Shown piece by piece: positions 30,211-41,222 of a DNA stretch of 56,265 nt. The first letter of the stretch is position 1. Each line of letters begins with the position of its first letter. The stretch covers positions 1-56,265 of the forward strand of contig JBGAQA010000010.1 in NCBI GenBank assembly GCA_044220955.1, in the 5' to 3' direction. Made by a program: the position numbers and the translations under genes. The notes beneath the pieces were generated by a model that saw nothing but the letters and a program-made list of their open reading frames with translations, searched no databases and was not told the origin of the DNA. The stretch comes from Sandaracinaceae bacterium. GTDB taxonomy: Bacteria; Myxococcota_A; Polyangia; Polyangiales; Sandaracinaceae.

Positions 30211-32598
30211 ATGAGCTCCGCCGCGCTGAAGGGTCTGATCGCACAGGCGCGCTATGCGGCGTCTCGACGCAGCCAACGCTTCACCACCGGGCACTGCGTG
30301 CTCATGATGCTCGATCAGAACGACGACGTGCGCACGCTGCTCTTGCGCGCCGGCGTGCAGGAGAACGCCCTCGTCTCGGCGCTCAAGGTCGAGGTCGACG
30401 AGCCGGCTCTCCTCTTCGAGCGTGCCGCCGAGCGCGCTGCGAAGCTCGCCCTCGAGGCGGGCGTGCCCGTCTCGGCGATGCACCTGCTCGCCGCGATCGT
30501 GCGCGAGCCCCAGAGCACGGCACACCGCTGCTTCGAGAGGATCGGGATCGGCGCTGGAAAGATCGACGCCGAGGTGCGCGCGGCGCTCGGTCTCGAGGCC
30601 AAGGTGCGGCCCGCGACGATCCCGCCGCCGCCTGCCCGGCTGGGCGTGAGCCTCGGCGCTCCCCGACCGGCGAGCGAGCTGCCGCCGCGACGCATGAACC
30701 GTCGCATCACCGCGCCGCGCCCGCTCGCGCCGGCGCCAGTCGAGACACGCGAGGCCGCTGCGCGTGCGCCCGACGCCGAGCCCGAGATCGCCGGGCCCTT
30801 CGCCATCGACGCACGCAAGTACCCGCTGCTCGCGGCGATCGGCACGAACCTGACGGCGATGGCCGCGGCGGGTGCGATCGACCCGGTCCTCACGCGCGAG
30901 CCGGAGCTCGAGCGCCTGCTCGACGTGATCTCGCGCCGGCGCGCGAACCACCCGTTGCTCGTCGGACCGAGCGGCGTCGGCAAGACGTCGGTGGTCCACG
31001 CGCTCGCGCTGGCCGTCGCCGCCAAGGCGCCCGAGACACGCTCGCTCGTGCGTCGCGTCGTCGTCGAGGTCTCCGCCGGCTCGCTCGTCTCGGGCACGGG
31101 GGTGCGGGGAGCGCTCTCCGAGAAGCTACGCAAGCTCGCGAGCGAGGCCGAGGCGGCCGGGGACGTGCTCCTCTTCTTCGACGACGTCCACGCGGTCCTC
31201 GGCGGAGCCGAGAGCGACGGCGAGGTCGCGAGCGAGCTCAAGGCGCTGCTGGCGCGCGGCGAGGTGCCCTGCATCGGTGCGACGACCGAGAGCGAAGCCA
31301 AGCGCTTCCTCGATCGCGACCCCGCCCTCGCGCGCCGCTTCTCGGTCCTGCACGTCGTCGAGCCGACGCCGAAGGACGCGGTCGCGATCCTGCGCGGCCT
31401 GATCCATCGCTACGAAGAGCACCACGGGGTCGCGTATCGAACCGACGCGATCGCGGCCGCCGTCGAGCTCTCGGTCCGCTTCCTCCCGGAGAAGCACCTG
31501 CCCGACAAGGCGCTCGGCGTGCTCGATCTCGCCGGCGCCCGAGCGCGCCGGAGCCAGGCGCCGCTCGTGGACGTGCCCGCGGTCGCCCAGGTGATCGCGG
31601 AGCAGGCGCACGTGCCGGTCGAGCGACTGCTGCTCCGTGACGCCGACCGGCTGCTCGCGCTCGAGGCGATCCTCGAGGAGCGCGTGGTCGGCCAGCGGTC
31701 TGCCCTCGATCGCGTCGCCGACGCGCTCCGCAAGGGCGCGGCCGGGTTCCGCGGGCGACGGCCGCTCGCGACGTTCCTCTTCCTCGGCACCACGGGCGTC
31801 GGCAAGACCGAGACCGCCAAGGCGATCGCCGAGGCGATGTTCGGCGAGGCGAACATCGTCCGCTTCGACATGAGCGAGCTGAGCGAGTCGCACGCCGTCG
31901 CGCGCCTCGTCGGCGCGCCGCCCGGCTACGTCGGGCACGACGCGGGCGGGCAGCTGACGGAGGCCGTCCGGCGCCGCCCCTACTCGCTCGTCCTGCTCGA
32001 CGAGATCGAGAAGGCCCACCCGGAGGTCCTGCTCTCGCTCTTGCCCCTGCTCGACGAGGGCCGTCTCACCGACGGACGCGGGCGGACGGTCGACTTCACG
32101 AACACCGTGATCGTCATGACCTCGAACCTCGGCTCCGACGCCGCGCGCGGCGGCGGCTCGATCGGCTTCGGCTCCACCGGAGAAGCGGAGGCTCGTGCGC
32201 TCGAGGAGCGCGTGCTCGGCGCGGCGCGACGCGCGATGCCGCCCGAGCTCTGGAACCGCCTCGACGAGCCGCTGGTCTTCGCACCGCTCGGCCGGCCGGA
32301 GGCGCTCGAGATCGCGCGGCGGATGCTCGGACAGATCGGCAAGACGCTCGAGGCCGAGCACGGCGTGCTCCTCACGTTCGAGGACAGCGCGCTCGTCTCG
32401 CTCGCGGACGCGGGCGGGTTCGACAAGGCGCTCGGCGCCCGGCCGATGCGTAGGGTCGTCTCGCGGCTCGTCGAGTCGGCGCTCGCGACGCGGATCCTCG
32501 CGGGCGATCTCCGGCGCGGGGATCGCGTGCTGCTGCGGGGAGCAGGCACGCGCGTCGAGCTCGAGTTCACCGAGACCGACGTCGCCGCCGCCGAGTAG
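30211..32598 (+). CDS. ClpA/ClpC-type double-AAA+ Clp protease ATPase
   Basis: NBD1 GPSGVGKT, CIGATT, ALARRF, LPDKA; NBD2 GTTGVGKT, GAPPGYVG, LLDEIEKAH, VIVMTSN, IGF loop, GARP. No middle coiled-coil. Confidence 0.92.
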   Translation: MSSAALKGLIAQARYAASRRSQRFTTGHCVLMMLDQNDDVRTLLLRAGVQENALVSALKVEVDEPALLFERAAERAAKLALEAGVPVSAMHLLAAIVREPQSTAHRCFERIGIGAGKIDAEVRAALGLEAKVRPATIPPPPARLGVSLGAPRPASELPPRRMNRRITAPRPLAPAPVETREAAARAPDAEPEIAGPFAIDARKYPLLAAIGTNLTAMAAAGAIDPVLTREPELERLLDVISRRRANHPLLVGPSGVGKTSVVHALALAVAAKAPETRSLVRRVVVEVSAGSLVSGTGVRGALSEKLRKLASEAEAAGDVLLFFDDVHAVLGGAESDGEVASELKALLARGEVPCIGATTESEAKRFLDRDPALARRFSVLHVVEPTPKDAVAILRGLIHRYEEHHGVAYRTDAIAAAVELSVRFLPEKHLPDKALGVLDLAGARARRSQAPLVDVPAVAQVIAEQAHVPVERLLLRDADRLLALEAILEERVVGQRSALDRVADALRKGAAGFRGRRPLATFLFLGTTGVGKTETAKAIAEAMFGEANIVRFDMSELSESHAVARLVGAPPGYVGHDAGGQLTEAVRRRPYSLVLLDEIEKAHPEVLLSLLPLLDEGRLTDGRGRTVDFTNTVIVMTSNLGSDAARGGGSIGFGSTGEAEARALEERVLGAARRAMPPELWNRLDEPLVFAPLGRPEALEIARRMLGQIGKTLEAEHGVLLTFEDSALVSLADAGGFDKALGARPMRRVVSRLVESALATRILAGDLRRGDRVLLRGAGTRVELEFTETDVAAAE

Positions 32599-32613
32599 AC
32601 GAGATCGAAGCGG

Positions 32614-32653
32614 CTCGCCGCCGGGTTCCGTCCGGAGCCCAGCGTGGCGAGCA
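32614..32653. terminator. GC-rich hairpin between convergent genes
   Basis: gctcgccgc-cgggttccg..cggagccc-agcgtggcgagc imperfect stem-loop. Confidence 0.5.
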
Positions 32654-32662
32654 CTCCCGTCG

Positions 32663-33031
32663 TCACCAGCGCTTGAGCAGCTCCATGAGGGTGTCGTCGT
32701 CGACGAAGAGCTCGTCGACGTCGTCGGAGTCGACGATGGCGTTCGAGAGCTTCGTCGCGCGCTGCGCCACGGGCCCCGGCCACTCGATCGCACGAGCGAC
32801 GTTCTCGATGAGATCCTTGCCCGGCTTGGCGGCGTGCAGGGCGAGCGCCTTCTTCTCGACCATGAGGTCGAGCAGGCGCTGTGCGCTGGCCTTGCCGGCC
32901 GCCGTTGCCGGGACGTCTTCGCCCTCGCCTTCGTCGTCCTCGTCGTCGAGGCCGTCCTCGTCGTCGAGCGCGGCGTCGGCGTCCTTCTCGAGGTCGTCTT
33001 CTTCTTCTGGGCTCTTGCTCGCGCTGGGCAC
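32663..33031 (-). CDS. Acidic hypothetical protein
   Basis: GTG at 33031; Asp/Glu-rich N-terminus and C-terminal IVDSDDVDELFVDDDTL; strong GC3 bias. Confidence 0.7.
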   Translation of the reverse strand: MPSASKSPEEEDDLEKDADAALDDEDGLDDEDDEGEGEDVPATAAGKASAQRLLDLMVEKKALALHAAKPGKDLIENVARAIEWPGPVAQRATKLSNAIVDSDDVDELFVDDDTLMELLKRW

Positions 33032-33194
33032 GCCACGCCTCCGTCCGCCCGCGAGCCCGGGGCCCCGCGGGGAGCCGGGGGCTACTACGCGCCGGGCCCT
33101 TCGGCCAGCGAAAACGGCCCCTCGGAGCCCTCCCCGCCTCATTCCTTGCCGAGGGGGGCGAAACAAGACGAGAATGGGCGCGCCCGGAGGGGAA

Positions 33195-33755
33195 ATGGCT
33201 TCCGCGAAAGACCAGATCGTCTGCCACGTCTGTGGCTTCAAGAACGCGCCCGACGCAGCGCGCTGCGTTTCGTGTGGCGCGAAGATCGACGCCGTCAGCG
33301 TGGACTACACGGCCGAGGAGGAGGCCGCTCGCGCGAACCAGCAGGAGGGGTTCTCGGTTGTCTGGGTCATGGCCGCCTTCGGGGTGTACCTGGTCCTGCA
33401 GGCCGTGGTGCTCGTCCTGCTCCCGATGGTCATCTCGAGCTTCGACCCGTTCGGCGGCTCGTCCGGCGGCGTCGCGGCGCTCGCCATCTCCTGCGTGGTC
33501 TGGTTCTTCGGCGGGATCATCGTCGGCTTCATCTCGCCCGGGAAGACGTTCCTCGAGCCAGCCGTGGGCGCCGTCCTCGCGTGCATCCCGACGGTGCTCT
33601 ACACGCTCAGCCAAGCGCCGCCCGGGCTCGACCCGGATCTGCTCCAGGCAGGCGTGCTGGGCGTCATGGGGATCATGATCTCGCTCTTCGGAGCGTTCCT
33701 GGGTGAGCGCGTACAGGCGCGGACGCGTGGTCACGCGCCCGCCCGCCGCCGCTGA
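33195..33755 (+). CDS. Zinc-ribbon membrane protein
   Basis: GGAGG RBS; CHVCGFKN..RCVSCG followed by four TM helices (ISPGKTFLEPA). Confidence 0.82.
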   Translation: MASAKDQIVCHVCGFKNAPDAARCVSCGAKIDAVSVDYTAEEEAARANQQEGFSVVWVMAAFGVYLVLQAVVLVLLPMVISSFDPFGGSSGGVAALAISCVVWFFGGIIVGFISPGKTFLEPAVGAVLACIPTVLYTLSQAPPGLDPDLLQAGVLGVMGIMISLFGAFLGERVQARTRGHAPARRR

Positions 33756-33837
33756 CCGCCCACGGCTCGCCGGCGACCCGCCGATTGACGCTGGCCCAGC
33801 GCGGGGGGACAGTTCGCGCCTCGCCGAGGGGGCCAGG

Positions 33838-34416
33838 GTGATCTACCTGTATCTGATCTCGCTCGTCGTCGGGGGTGGGCTGCTGGGTGTCTCGATCATC
33901 CTCGGCGGGCACGGAGGCGGTCACGACGTCCACACGCCCGAGACGCTCGCGCCCGCCGGACACGAGGGACCGTCCGGCGGCGCCGAGACGTACCTCTACT
34001 GGCTCGTCTCCGTTCGCTTCTGGACGTTCTTCGTCGCGTTCTTCGGCCTCACCGGGCTCGTCTTCGAGGGGCTCGGCCTGGCGTCGCGCTGGGTGACGCT
34101 CGGCGTCTCGGTCGCGATGGGTGCGATCTCGGGCGGTGGCGCGATGTTCGTCCTGCGCAGGCTGACGAACGACGACGCGAACAGCGCCGTCTCCACGGCC
34201 GACTACGTGGGTCGCACCGGCCGGGTGCTCGTGGGCTTCGGCGCTGGCGGCGTCGGGAAGGTCCGGCTCGAGGTGAAGGGCTCGAGCATCGATCTGCTCG
34301 CGATGCCCGAGGACGAGCGGACCTACGCGCCGAACGACGAGATCATCGTGGTCGAGATGTCGGGGCTGCACGCGAAGGTCTCGCACGTGCGTCCTTCGGT
34401 CCCGCCCGCCACCTGA
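33838..34416 (+). CDS. NfeD-like membrane protein
   Basis: TM N-terminus (FWTFFVAFFGLTG) plus OB-fold VGRTGRV..GKVRLEVKG; directly upstream of flotillin genes. Confidence 0.85.
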   Translation: MIYLYLISLVVGGGLLGVSIILGGHGGGHDVHTPETLAPAGHEGPSGGAETYLYWLVSVRFWTFFVAFFGLTGLVFEGLGLASRWVTLGVSVAMGAISGGGAMFVLRRLTNDDANSAVSTADYVGRTGRVLVGFGAGGVGKVRLEVKGSSIDLLAMPEDERTYAPNDEIIVVEMSGLHAKVSHVRPSVPPAT

Positions 34417-34457
34417 GCGACGAAGACCCGCAACGGAAACGGAAAGAGGAGAACCCC

Positions 34458-35792
34458 ATGCAAGGTGGATACGGCTACCCGCCCTACGAGGCGCCCGTCG
34501 ACCCGACGCCCTTCGACCCGATGGTCATCTGGCTGCTGGTCGGCGCGCTGATCGCGGTCGGCCTCATCACGCTGCTCTTCATCCAGTTCATGCGGAACTT
34601 CCTCTACATCGCGCGCCCGAACGAGGCGCTCGTGTTCAGCGGCAAGCGCAGCAAGACCGAGGAGAACGCCGAGCTCGGCTACTCGATCGTGAAGTCGGGC
34701 AACCGCGGCATCCGCATCCCGTTCCTGCAGACGGTCAACCGTCTGGACATGACCACGCAGCCGACCGACATCCTCGTCCAGAACGCCTACTCGCGAGGCA
34801 ACATCGCGCTCGAGATCCACGCGATCGCCAACGTGAAGATCCACTCGGACGAGCGCTGGCTGCGCAACGCGGTCGAGCGCTTCCTCAACCGCTCTCGCAA
34901 CGAGATCGAGATCGTCGCCAAGCAGACGCTGGAAGGCGCCGTGCGCGAGGTCGTGGCGCAGCTGACGCCGGAAGAGGTCAACCAGGACCGGCTGAAGTTC
35001 GCCGAGAAGCTCATCCATGCAGCCGAGGACGACCTGCAGAAGCTCGGCCTCCAGCTCGACACGCTCAAGATCCAGCACGTCTCGGACGGCACCGGCTACC
35101 TGGACTCGATCGGTCGCCCCGTCATCGCGCGCGCGTTGCGCGACGCCGAGAACGCGGAGAACCAGGCCGGGCAGGAGACGCAGCAGGCACAGGCCGAGGC
35201 CAACCGTCGCGCGGAGGTCTCGCGCGCGACCGCGCAGACGGCCATCCAGCGCAAGCAGAACGAGCTGCGCCAGGTGAAGGCGCAGCTCGAGGGTGACGCG
35301 CAGGCCGTCGAGCGCGAGGCCGAGGCCGCCGCCAAGACCGCGCGCGCCATGGCGGAGAAGGAGCTGCAGGGCTACCGCGCGGCGCTCGAGCAGCGCCGCC
35401 TCACGGCCGAGGTCGTCATCCCCGCGCAGATCCAGCAGCAGGCGCAGTCGATCCTCGCCAAGGGTCAGGCGGCCCCCACCATCGAGAACGGCGCCGCGCA
35501 GGTCGAGGTGCTCCGTGCGCTCAGCGAGGCGTGGAGCTCGATGGGCTCGGACGCCCGCGAGATCTACGTCATCCAGCACCTCGAGCAGATCGTCGGCGCC
35601 GTCGTGACGAACGTCGAAGGCATCGAGGTGGGCGAGGTGAACGTGCTCGATCAAGGCGACGGGAGCGCGCTCGCGAGCTACGCGGCGACGTACCCGAAGA
35701 TGGTCGCGAGCGTGATGAGGTCCCTGAAGGACTCGACCGGCGTCGACGTGACCGGGATCCTCGCGGCCGCGAGCAAGAAGGGGGAGGTCTGA
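34458..35792 (+). CDS. SPFH/flotillin family protein 1
   Basis: [56 protein letters not shown]-rich coiled coil. Confidence 0.93.
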   Translation: MQGGYGYPPYEAPVDPTPFDPMVIWLLVGALIAVGLITLLFIQFMRNFLYIARPNEALVFSGKRSKTEENAELGYSIVKSGNRGIRIPFLQTVNRLDMTTQPTDILVQNAYSRGNIALEIHAIANVKIHSDERWLRNAVERFLNRSRNEIEIVAKQTLEGAVREVVAQLTPEEVNQDRLKFAEKLIHAAEDDLQKLGLQLDTLKIQHVSDGTGYLDSIGRPVIARALRDAENAENQAGQETQQAQAEANRRAEVSRATAQTAIQRKQNELRQVKAQLEGDAQAVEREAEAAAKTARAMAEKELQGYRAALEQRRLTAEVVIPAQIQQQAQSILAKGQAAPTIENGAAQVEVLRALSEAWSSMGSDAREIYVIQHLEQIVGAVVTNVEGIEVGEVNVLDQGDGSALASYAATYPKMVASVMRSLKDSTGVDVTGILAAASKKGEV

Positions 35793-35794
35793 TC

Positions 35795-37153
35795 ATGGGC
35801 AGCTTCCTGCTCGCGTGCTTCGCGCTGCTGATCATCCTGGCCATCGCCGGCTTCGCGCTGCTCGGCGTGGTCCGGAACATCCTGTACGTCTGCGAGCCGA
35901 GCGAAGTGCTCGTCTTCTCGGGCCGCTCGCGGCAGCGCGCCGACGGAAAGACGGTGGGCTATCGCTTCGTCAAGGGCGGCCGGGCGACCCGCGTGCCCCT
36001 CTTCGAGACCGTCGATCGCATGGATCTGACGAACATGATCATCGAGCTGCACGTCAAGGGCGCTTACTCGCGCAACGGCATCCCGCTCACCGTCCACGGC
36101 GTCGCGAACATCAAGGTGCCCGGCGAGGAGCCGCTCATCGACCAGGCGCTCGAGCGCTTTCTCGGCAAGAGCCGGCAGGAGATCATGGAGATCGGCCGCG
36201 AGACGCTCGAGGGCAACCTCCGTGGCGTGCTCGCGGGCCTGACGCCCGAGCAGGTCAACCAGGACAAGGAGGCGTTCGCCTCGCGCCTCACCGAGGAGGC
36301 GGAGCACGACCTCTCGCACCTCGGCCTCGTGCTCGACACGCTGAAGATCCAGAACGTCACCGACGAGTCGGGCTATCTCGACGCGACGGGCCGTGTGGCC
36401 AGCGCCGCCATCCGCCGCGATGCCGTGATCGCCGAGGCGAACGCGAAGGCCGACGCCGCGGAGCAGAAGTGGCGCAACACCATGAACGCCGAGGTGCAGA
36501 AGCTCGAGACCCAGATCGCGGTCGCGCGCGCGGAGAACGATCGGCGGATCGCCGAGGCGACGGCCCGGCGCGGCGCCGTCATCGCCGAGCAGCAGGCCGA
36601 GGTCCAGGCCTCGATCGCGCAGACCCAGGCCGAGGTCACCATGCAGGAAGCGCGCATCGAGCAGGTGAAGCTTCAGCTCCAGGCCGACCTCATCCAGCCC
36701 GCCGAGGCGGCGCGTCAGCAGGCCGAGCAGAACGCGAAGGCCGACGCGGCGAAGATCATCGAGCAAGGTCGCGCGACTGCGAACGTCCTGAAGAACCTCG
36801 CCGCGACCTACCGCGGCAGCGGGACGAGCGCGCGCGACGTGCTCCTGATGCAGAAGCTCGTGCCGATGCTGAACCGCATCACGGAGTCGATGGGGAGCGT
36901 GAAGATCGATCGTCTCACGGTCATCGGAAGCGGCGGCGCGGGTGGCGGCAACCTCGCAGGTCAGCTCGTCTCGACGAGCGAGCAGATCAAGGCGGCGACG
37001 GGCATCGACGTGCCGCAGATGATCAAGGACCGCTTCGGCACGCCGGAGGCGCCGCGGCCGACCAGCGGTCCGCCCGTGCAGCCGGCCGCGCGCCCGATCA
37101 CCCAGCCCCCGCCGCGTGGCTTGCCGCCCGGCGTGCGGGGTGGCGGCGGGTAG
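35795..37153 (+). CDS. SPFH/flotillin family protein 2
   Basis: ATG 35795 after [50 protein letters not shown]; Pro-rich tail. Confidence 0.93.
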   Translation: MGSFLLACFALLIILAIAGFALLGVVRNILYVCEPSEVLVFSGRSRQRADGKTVGYRFVKGGRATRVPLFETVDRMDLTNMIIELHVKGAYSRNGIPLTVHGVANIKVPGEEPLIDQALERFLGKSRQEIMEIGRETLEGNLRGVLAGLTPEQVNQDKEAFASRLTEEAEHDLSHLGLVLDTLKIQNVTDESGYLDATGRVASAAIRRDAVIAEANAKADAAEQKWRNTMNAEVQKLETQIAVARAENDRRIAEATARRGAVIAEQQAEVQASIAQTQAEVTMQEARIEQVKLQLQADLIQPAEAARQQAEQNAKADAAKIIEQGRATANVLKNLAATYRGSGTSARDVLLMQKLVPMLNRITESMGSVKIDRLTVIGSGGAGGGNLAGQLVSTSEQIKAATGIDVPQMIKDRFGTPEAPRPTSGPPVQPAARPITQPPPRGLPPGVRGGGG

Positions 37154-37188
37154 TCCCGCGCGCCCGAGGTTCGGGTAGAGTGCCGGCC

Positions 37189-38370
37189 ATGACCAGCCTG
37201 CTCGAACAGCTCAAGACCATGACCGTCGTCGTCGCCGACACCGGTGACATCCGCTCGATCGAGAAGTTCAAGCCGCGCGACGCGACGACCAACCCCTCGC
37301 TCATCACGGCGGCGGCGCAGATGCCCGAGTACGCCGACGTCGTCGACAGCGCGCTGCGCTGGGCGGAGGCGGAGTCGCAGGGACCGGGGGCCAAGGGCCA
37401 GGACGACCAGAAGGTCGTCGCGCTCGCGGTGGACCGGCTCGCGGTCGAGTTCGGCATGCGCATCCTCAAGATCGTCCCGCAGCGCGTCTCGACGGAGGTC
37501 GACGCGCGCCTGAGCTTCGACACGCAGGCCACCATCGAGAAGGGCCGCTACCTCATCTCGCTCTACGAGAAGGGCGGCGTCTCGCGCGAGCGCGTCCTCA
37601 TCAAGATCGCCTCGACCTGGGAGGGCATCCGTGCCGCGGAGGTGCTCGAGAAGGAGGGCATCCGCTGCAACCTCACCCTGCTCTTCGGCATGCACCAGGC
37701 CGTCGCGTGCGCCGAGGCGAAGGTGCGGCTCATCTCGCCCTTCGTCGGCCGGATCCTCGACTGGTACAAGAAGGACACGGGCCGGGCGAGCTACGAGCCG
37801 CAGGAGGACCCGGGCGTCATCAGCGTCGGGCGCATCTACACCTACTACAAGAAGTTCGGCCACGAGACCGAGGTCATGGGCGCCAGCTTCCGCAACGTGG
37901 GCGAGATCGTCGAGCTCGCGGGCTGCGATCTGCTGACCATCGCGCCGAACCTGCTCACCGAGCTCGAGAAGACCGAGGGGACGCTCGTGCGCAAGCTCGA
38001 TCCTGCCAGGTCGAGGGCCGCCGCGGTCGAGCGCATCGTCATGGACGAGGCGACCTTCCGTGCGATGCACGAGAAGGACCGGATGGCCAAGGACAAGCTC
38101 GCCGAGGGCATCGACGGCTTCAGCAAGGCGCTCGTCGCGCTCGAGAAGCTGCTCGTCGAGCGGCTGCACGCGCTGCGCAAGAAGTCGCGCGGTGGCGAGG
38201 CCGCGCGCGAGTTCTTCCGCGTCTTCGATCTCGACGGGGACGGCCTCATCACGCGTGAGGAGTGGGCCGGCAGCCCCGCGGTGTTCGCCGCGATCGACAC
38301 CAACGGTGACGGAATGATCACGCCGGAGGAGCTCGCGGCGGGCCTCGGTGCGGCCTTCGTGCTCCGGTGA
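37189..38370 (+). CDS. tal: Transaldolase with C-terminal EF-hand pair
   Basis: [56 protein letters not shown]-hands [12 protein letters not shown] and [12 protein letters not shown]. Confidence 0.96.
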   Translation: MTSLLEQLKTMTVVVADTGDIRSIEKFKPRDATTNPSLITAAAQMPEYADVVDSALRWAEAESQGPGAKGQDDQKVVALAVDRLAVEFGMRILKIVPQRVSTEVDARLSFDTQATIEKGRYLISLYEKGGVSRERVLIKIASTWEGIRAAEVLEKEGIRCNLTLLFGMHQAVACAEAKVRLISPFVGRILDWYKKDTGRASYEPQEDPGVISVGRIYTYYKKFGHETEVMGASFRNVGEIVELAGCDLLTIAPNLLTELEKTEGTLVRKLDPARSRAAAVERIVMDEATFRAMHEKDRMAKDKLAEGIDGFSKALVALEKLLVERLHALRKKSRGGEAAREFFRVFDLDGDGLITREEWAGSPAVFAAIDTNGDGMITPEELAAGLGAAFVLR

Positions 38371-38511
38371 GATTCCGCGGCGCGAGACCCACATCGCGCT
38401 CGCTGCACGCGAATTGGGAGCGGCTCGCTGTAAGCGAGCTGCGAGCGTCGGCACGAATGTGCCGCCAGCGCTTGGACGGCGCGCGTTTTCCGGTAGCCTG
38501 AGGGGATCGCC

Positions 38512-39474
38512 GTGAACACTCCGGTGCCCGTCGTCCCGCTGGGGCCCCTGCAACGCGCGCTGCTCGAGGCGCTCGAGACGGTCGCGGCGCGCGAGCCGGT
38601 CCGCGCGCTGCTCCGGGCCGCGCTCGATCGCGCCGGGATCCGGGCGATCCCCGAGGATGCCTCGGCCTTTCAATCGTTCGTCGCGGGAGCGCTCACGATC
38701 ACGCTCGCGGAGAGGCTCGGCGAGGGAGCCGCCGAGATGGTGTCCGAGCAAGTGCTCCACGTCGTGCGGCTCGTCGCGCCCGCGATGCGCCGCCAGGCGA
38801 CCGGAACCGAGGACGACGTCGACGAGCTGTCGGGCGAGCGAAGCGTCGAGGCGCCCTCTGCCGGTGCTCGCGCCAGCGGCGCCGGCCCCGCGCGTCCGCG
38901 ACCCGAGGTGCACCGAGCGCCGTTGCCGCGCTCGCCGGCGTCCTCGCAGCTGTCTCCGCTCGAGGCGCCAGTGCTCTTCCCGCCGCGCTCGCCGCCGCAC
39001 GAGAGCGGGACCAAGCGCAAGGCCGGCGCCCCGCTCGCGGGCACGCGCGCCTCGAGCCCGACGCCGCCGGCAGGCACGATCGCGCAGGAGCAGGCGGGTC
39101 CCGCGTCGGGTGCGCGAGCCGTCGCGGCCGAGGTGCTCGTCGTGACGCTCGACCCGCGCCTGGTGCGTGAGGTCGAGACCCGCCTCTCGGGGCGAAGCCG
39201 CGTGAGCGCGGTGGTGACCCTCGCCGAGCTGATGCAGCACGTCGGCAGGCTCGCCGGCAGTCGGATCGCCGTCGTCCTCGACACTGGCGTTCCGTCGATC
39301 GACCTGCCCACGTTCGCGAGCGTGGCGTCCGCGCTGCCGAGCCGAACGCACGTGGTGCTCTGGGGGACCGACGAGCGGCAGAAGCGCCGCGTCGTCGACA
39401 TGTTCCCGCAGGCTCGCGCCTGGGTCGCGAGCGGCTCGGCCGAGTCCCCGATCGAGCTCCTGGGCGAGCCCTAG
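38512..39474 (+). CDS. Hypothetical protein (helical N-domain, Pro-rich linker, receiver-like C-domain)
   Basis: Fills the gap with coding-like codon usage. C-terminal VLVVTLD..AVVLDTG..VVLWG is a beta/alpha pattern. Confidence 0.7.
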   Translation: MNTPVPVVPLGPLQRALLEALETVAAREPVRALLRAALDRAGIRAIPEDASAFQSFVAGALTITLAERLGEGAAEMVSEQVLHVVRLVAPAMRRQATGTEDDVDELSGERSVEAPSAGARASGAGPARPRPEVHRAPLPRSPASSQLSPLEAPVLFPPRSPPHESGTKRKAGAPLAGTRASSPTPPAGTIAQEQAGPASGARAVAAEVLVVTLDPRLVREVETRLSGRSRVSAVVTLAELMQHVGRLAGSRIAVVLDTGVPSIDLPTFASVASALPSRTHVVLWGTDERQKRRVVDMFPQARAWVASGSAESPIELLGEP

Positions 39475-39481
39475 GTCGTCC

Positions 39482-39635
39482 TTTACAACACTGTTTACAA
39501 CGGGTGCCCCGCGCGCGGCTCCGATAGCGGATGTGATTTTGTCGTGGACGAATCGTCAATGAACCAAGCTATTTGACAGGCTCGTTGACATAAAACGACC
39601 TATTGACTTCTTGACTAGTTACTCGAAGTCAAGAA
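39482..39635 (+). promoter_or_regulatory. AT-rich aceBA control region with operator-like repeats
   Basis: TTTACAAC-N4-TTTACAAC (39482-39501); TTGACA at 39573 and 39585; inverted repeat TTCTTGACT-N10-AGTCAAGAA (39608-39635). Confidence 0.7.
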
Positions 39636-39647
39636 TCCTCAGCCCCG

Positions 39648-41222
39648 ATGACGCAGCGCGACGATGGCGTGCGGATCCTCGGAGACCTCGACGAGCTGCG
39701 TCGCGAGATCCTCTCGCCCGACGCGCTCGCGTTCGTCGCGCGCCTCGCTCGCACGTTCCGGCAGCGCATCGCCGAGCGCCTCACTGCTCGCGCGGCGCGG
39801 CACGCACGCTTCGCGCAGGGTGAGCTGCCGGCGTTCCTCCCCGAGACGAAGAGCGTCCGCGAGGGCTCGTGGGGGTGCGCGCCGCTGCCGCGCGCGCTGC
39901 TCGATCGTCGCGTGGAGATCACCGGGCCCGTCGATCGCAAGATGATCATCAACGCGCTCGGCTCGGGTGCGAGCGTGTTCATGGCGGACTTCGAGGACGC
40001 GAACGCGCCGAGCTGGAGCAACTGCATCGACGGACAGGTCCACCTGCGCGACGCCGTGCGGCGAACGATCTCGTTCACGTCTGCGGAAGGGAAGAGGTAC
40101 GCGCTGACGAGCGAGCCGGCCGTGCTCTTCGTCCGGCCGCGCGGCTTCCACCTCGTCGAGAAGCACGTCGAGGTCGACGGCGCGCCGGTGCCCGGCATGC
40201 TCGTCGACTTCGGCCTCTTCTTCTTCCACAACGCGAAGGCGCTGCTCGCGCTCGGCCACGGCCCCTACTTCTACCTGCCGAAGATGGAGAGCCACCTCGA
40301 GGCGCGCGTGTGGAACGACGTGTTCGTCCACGCGCAGGAGGCGCTCGGGCTGCCTCGCGGCACGATCAAGGCCACGTGCCTGATCGAGACGCTGCCGGGC
40401 GCGTTCGAGATGGACGAGATCCTGCACGAGCTGCGCGACCACTCGGCCGGACTCAACTGCGGCCGCTGGGACTACATCTTCTCGTACATCAAGACGTGCG
40501 CCGCCGACCCTCGCCGGATCCTGCCGGATCGCGGCGAGGTCACGATGACCCAGCCCTTCCTGCGCGCGTACACGCGCCTCGTCATCAAGACGTGCCACCG
40601 CCGCGGCGTGAGCGCGATGGGCGGGATGGCCGCGCAGATCCCGGTGAAGGGGGACGAAGCGAAGAACGCCGCGGCGTTCGAGAAGGTGCGGCAGGACAAG
40701 CTGCGCGAGGCGAACGACGGTCACGACGGCACCTGGGTGGCCCACCCGGGGCTCGTGCCCGTCGCCAAGAAGGTGTTCGACGAGGCGATGCCGGGCCCGA
40801 ACCAGATCGACTCGGGCAAGCAGATGGACCTCGTCGTGACGGCCGAGGAGCTGCTCGCGCCGCCGACGGGCAAGCGCACCGAGGCGACGCTGCGACACAA
40901 CGTGCGCGTCGGCGTGCAGTACCTCGAGGCGTGGCTGCGCGGCGCGGGCGCCGTGCCGCTCTACGACTTGATGGAGGACGCCGCGACAGCCGAGATCTCG
41001 CGTACGCAGATCTGGCAGTGGTGCCACTTCGGCGTGACGCTCGACACCGGCGTGAAGGTGACGCGTGACTACGTGTCGAAGATCGTCGACGAGGAGCTCG
41101 CGGCCTTCTCCGGCGGTCGCTTCGAGGACGCCAAGAAGATCTTCTTCCAGGTCGCCACTTCCGAGCCCTACGTCGAGTTCCTGACGCTCCCTGCCTACGA
41201 GGTCCTGACGGCCCGGGCGTGA
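39648..41222 (+). CDS. aceB: Malate synthase A
   Basis: [74 protein letters not shown]. Confidence 0.98.
   Translation: MTQRDDGVRILGDLDELRREILSPDALAFVARLARTFRQRIAERLTARAARHARFAQGELPAFLPETKSVREGSWGCAPLPRALLDRRVEITGPVDRKMIINALGSGASVFMADFEDANAPSWSNCIDGQVHLRDAVRRTISFTSAEGKRYALTSEPAVLFVRPRGFHLVEKHVEVDGAPVPGMLVDFGLFFFHNAKALLALGHGPYFYLPKMESHLEARVWNDVFVHAQEALGLPRGTIKATCLIETLPGAFEMDEILHELRDHSAGLNCGRWDYIFSYIKTCAADPRRILPDRGEVTMTQPFLRAYTRLVIKTCHRRGVSAMGGMAAQIPVKGDEAKNAAAFEKVRQDKLREANDGHDGTWVAHPGLVPVAKKVFDEAMPGPNQIDSGKQMDLVVTAEELLAPPTGKRTEATLRHNVRVGVQYLEAWLRGAGAVPLYDLMEDAATAEISRTQIWQWCHFGVTLDTGVKVTRDYVSKIVDEELAAFSGGRFEDAKKIFFQVATSEPYVEFLTLPAYEVLTARA

Noticed and set aside
38448..38463. CGGCACGAATGTGCCG as a sigma54 promoter
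   Set aside because: GG-to-GC spacing is 9 rather than 10; only a short palindrome with no further support.
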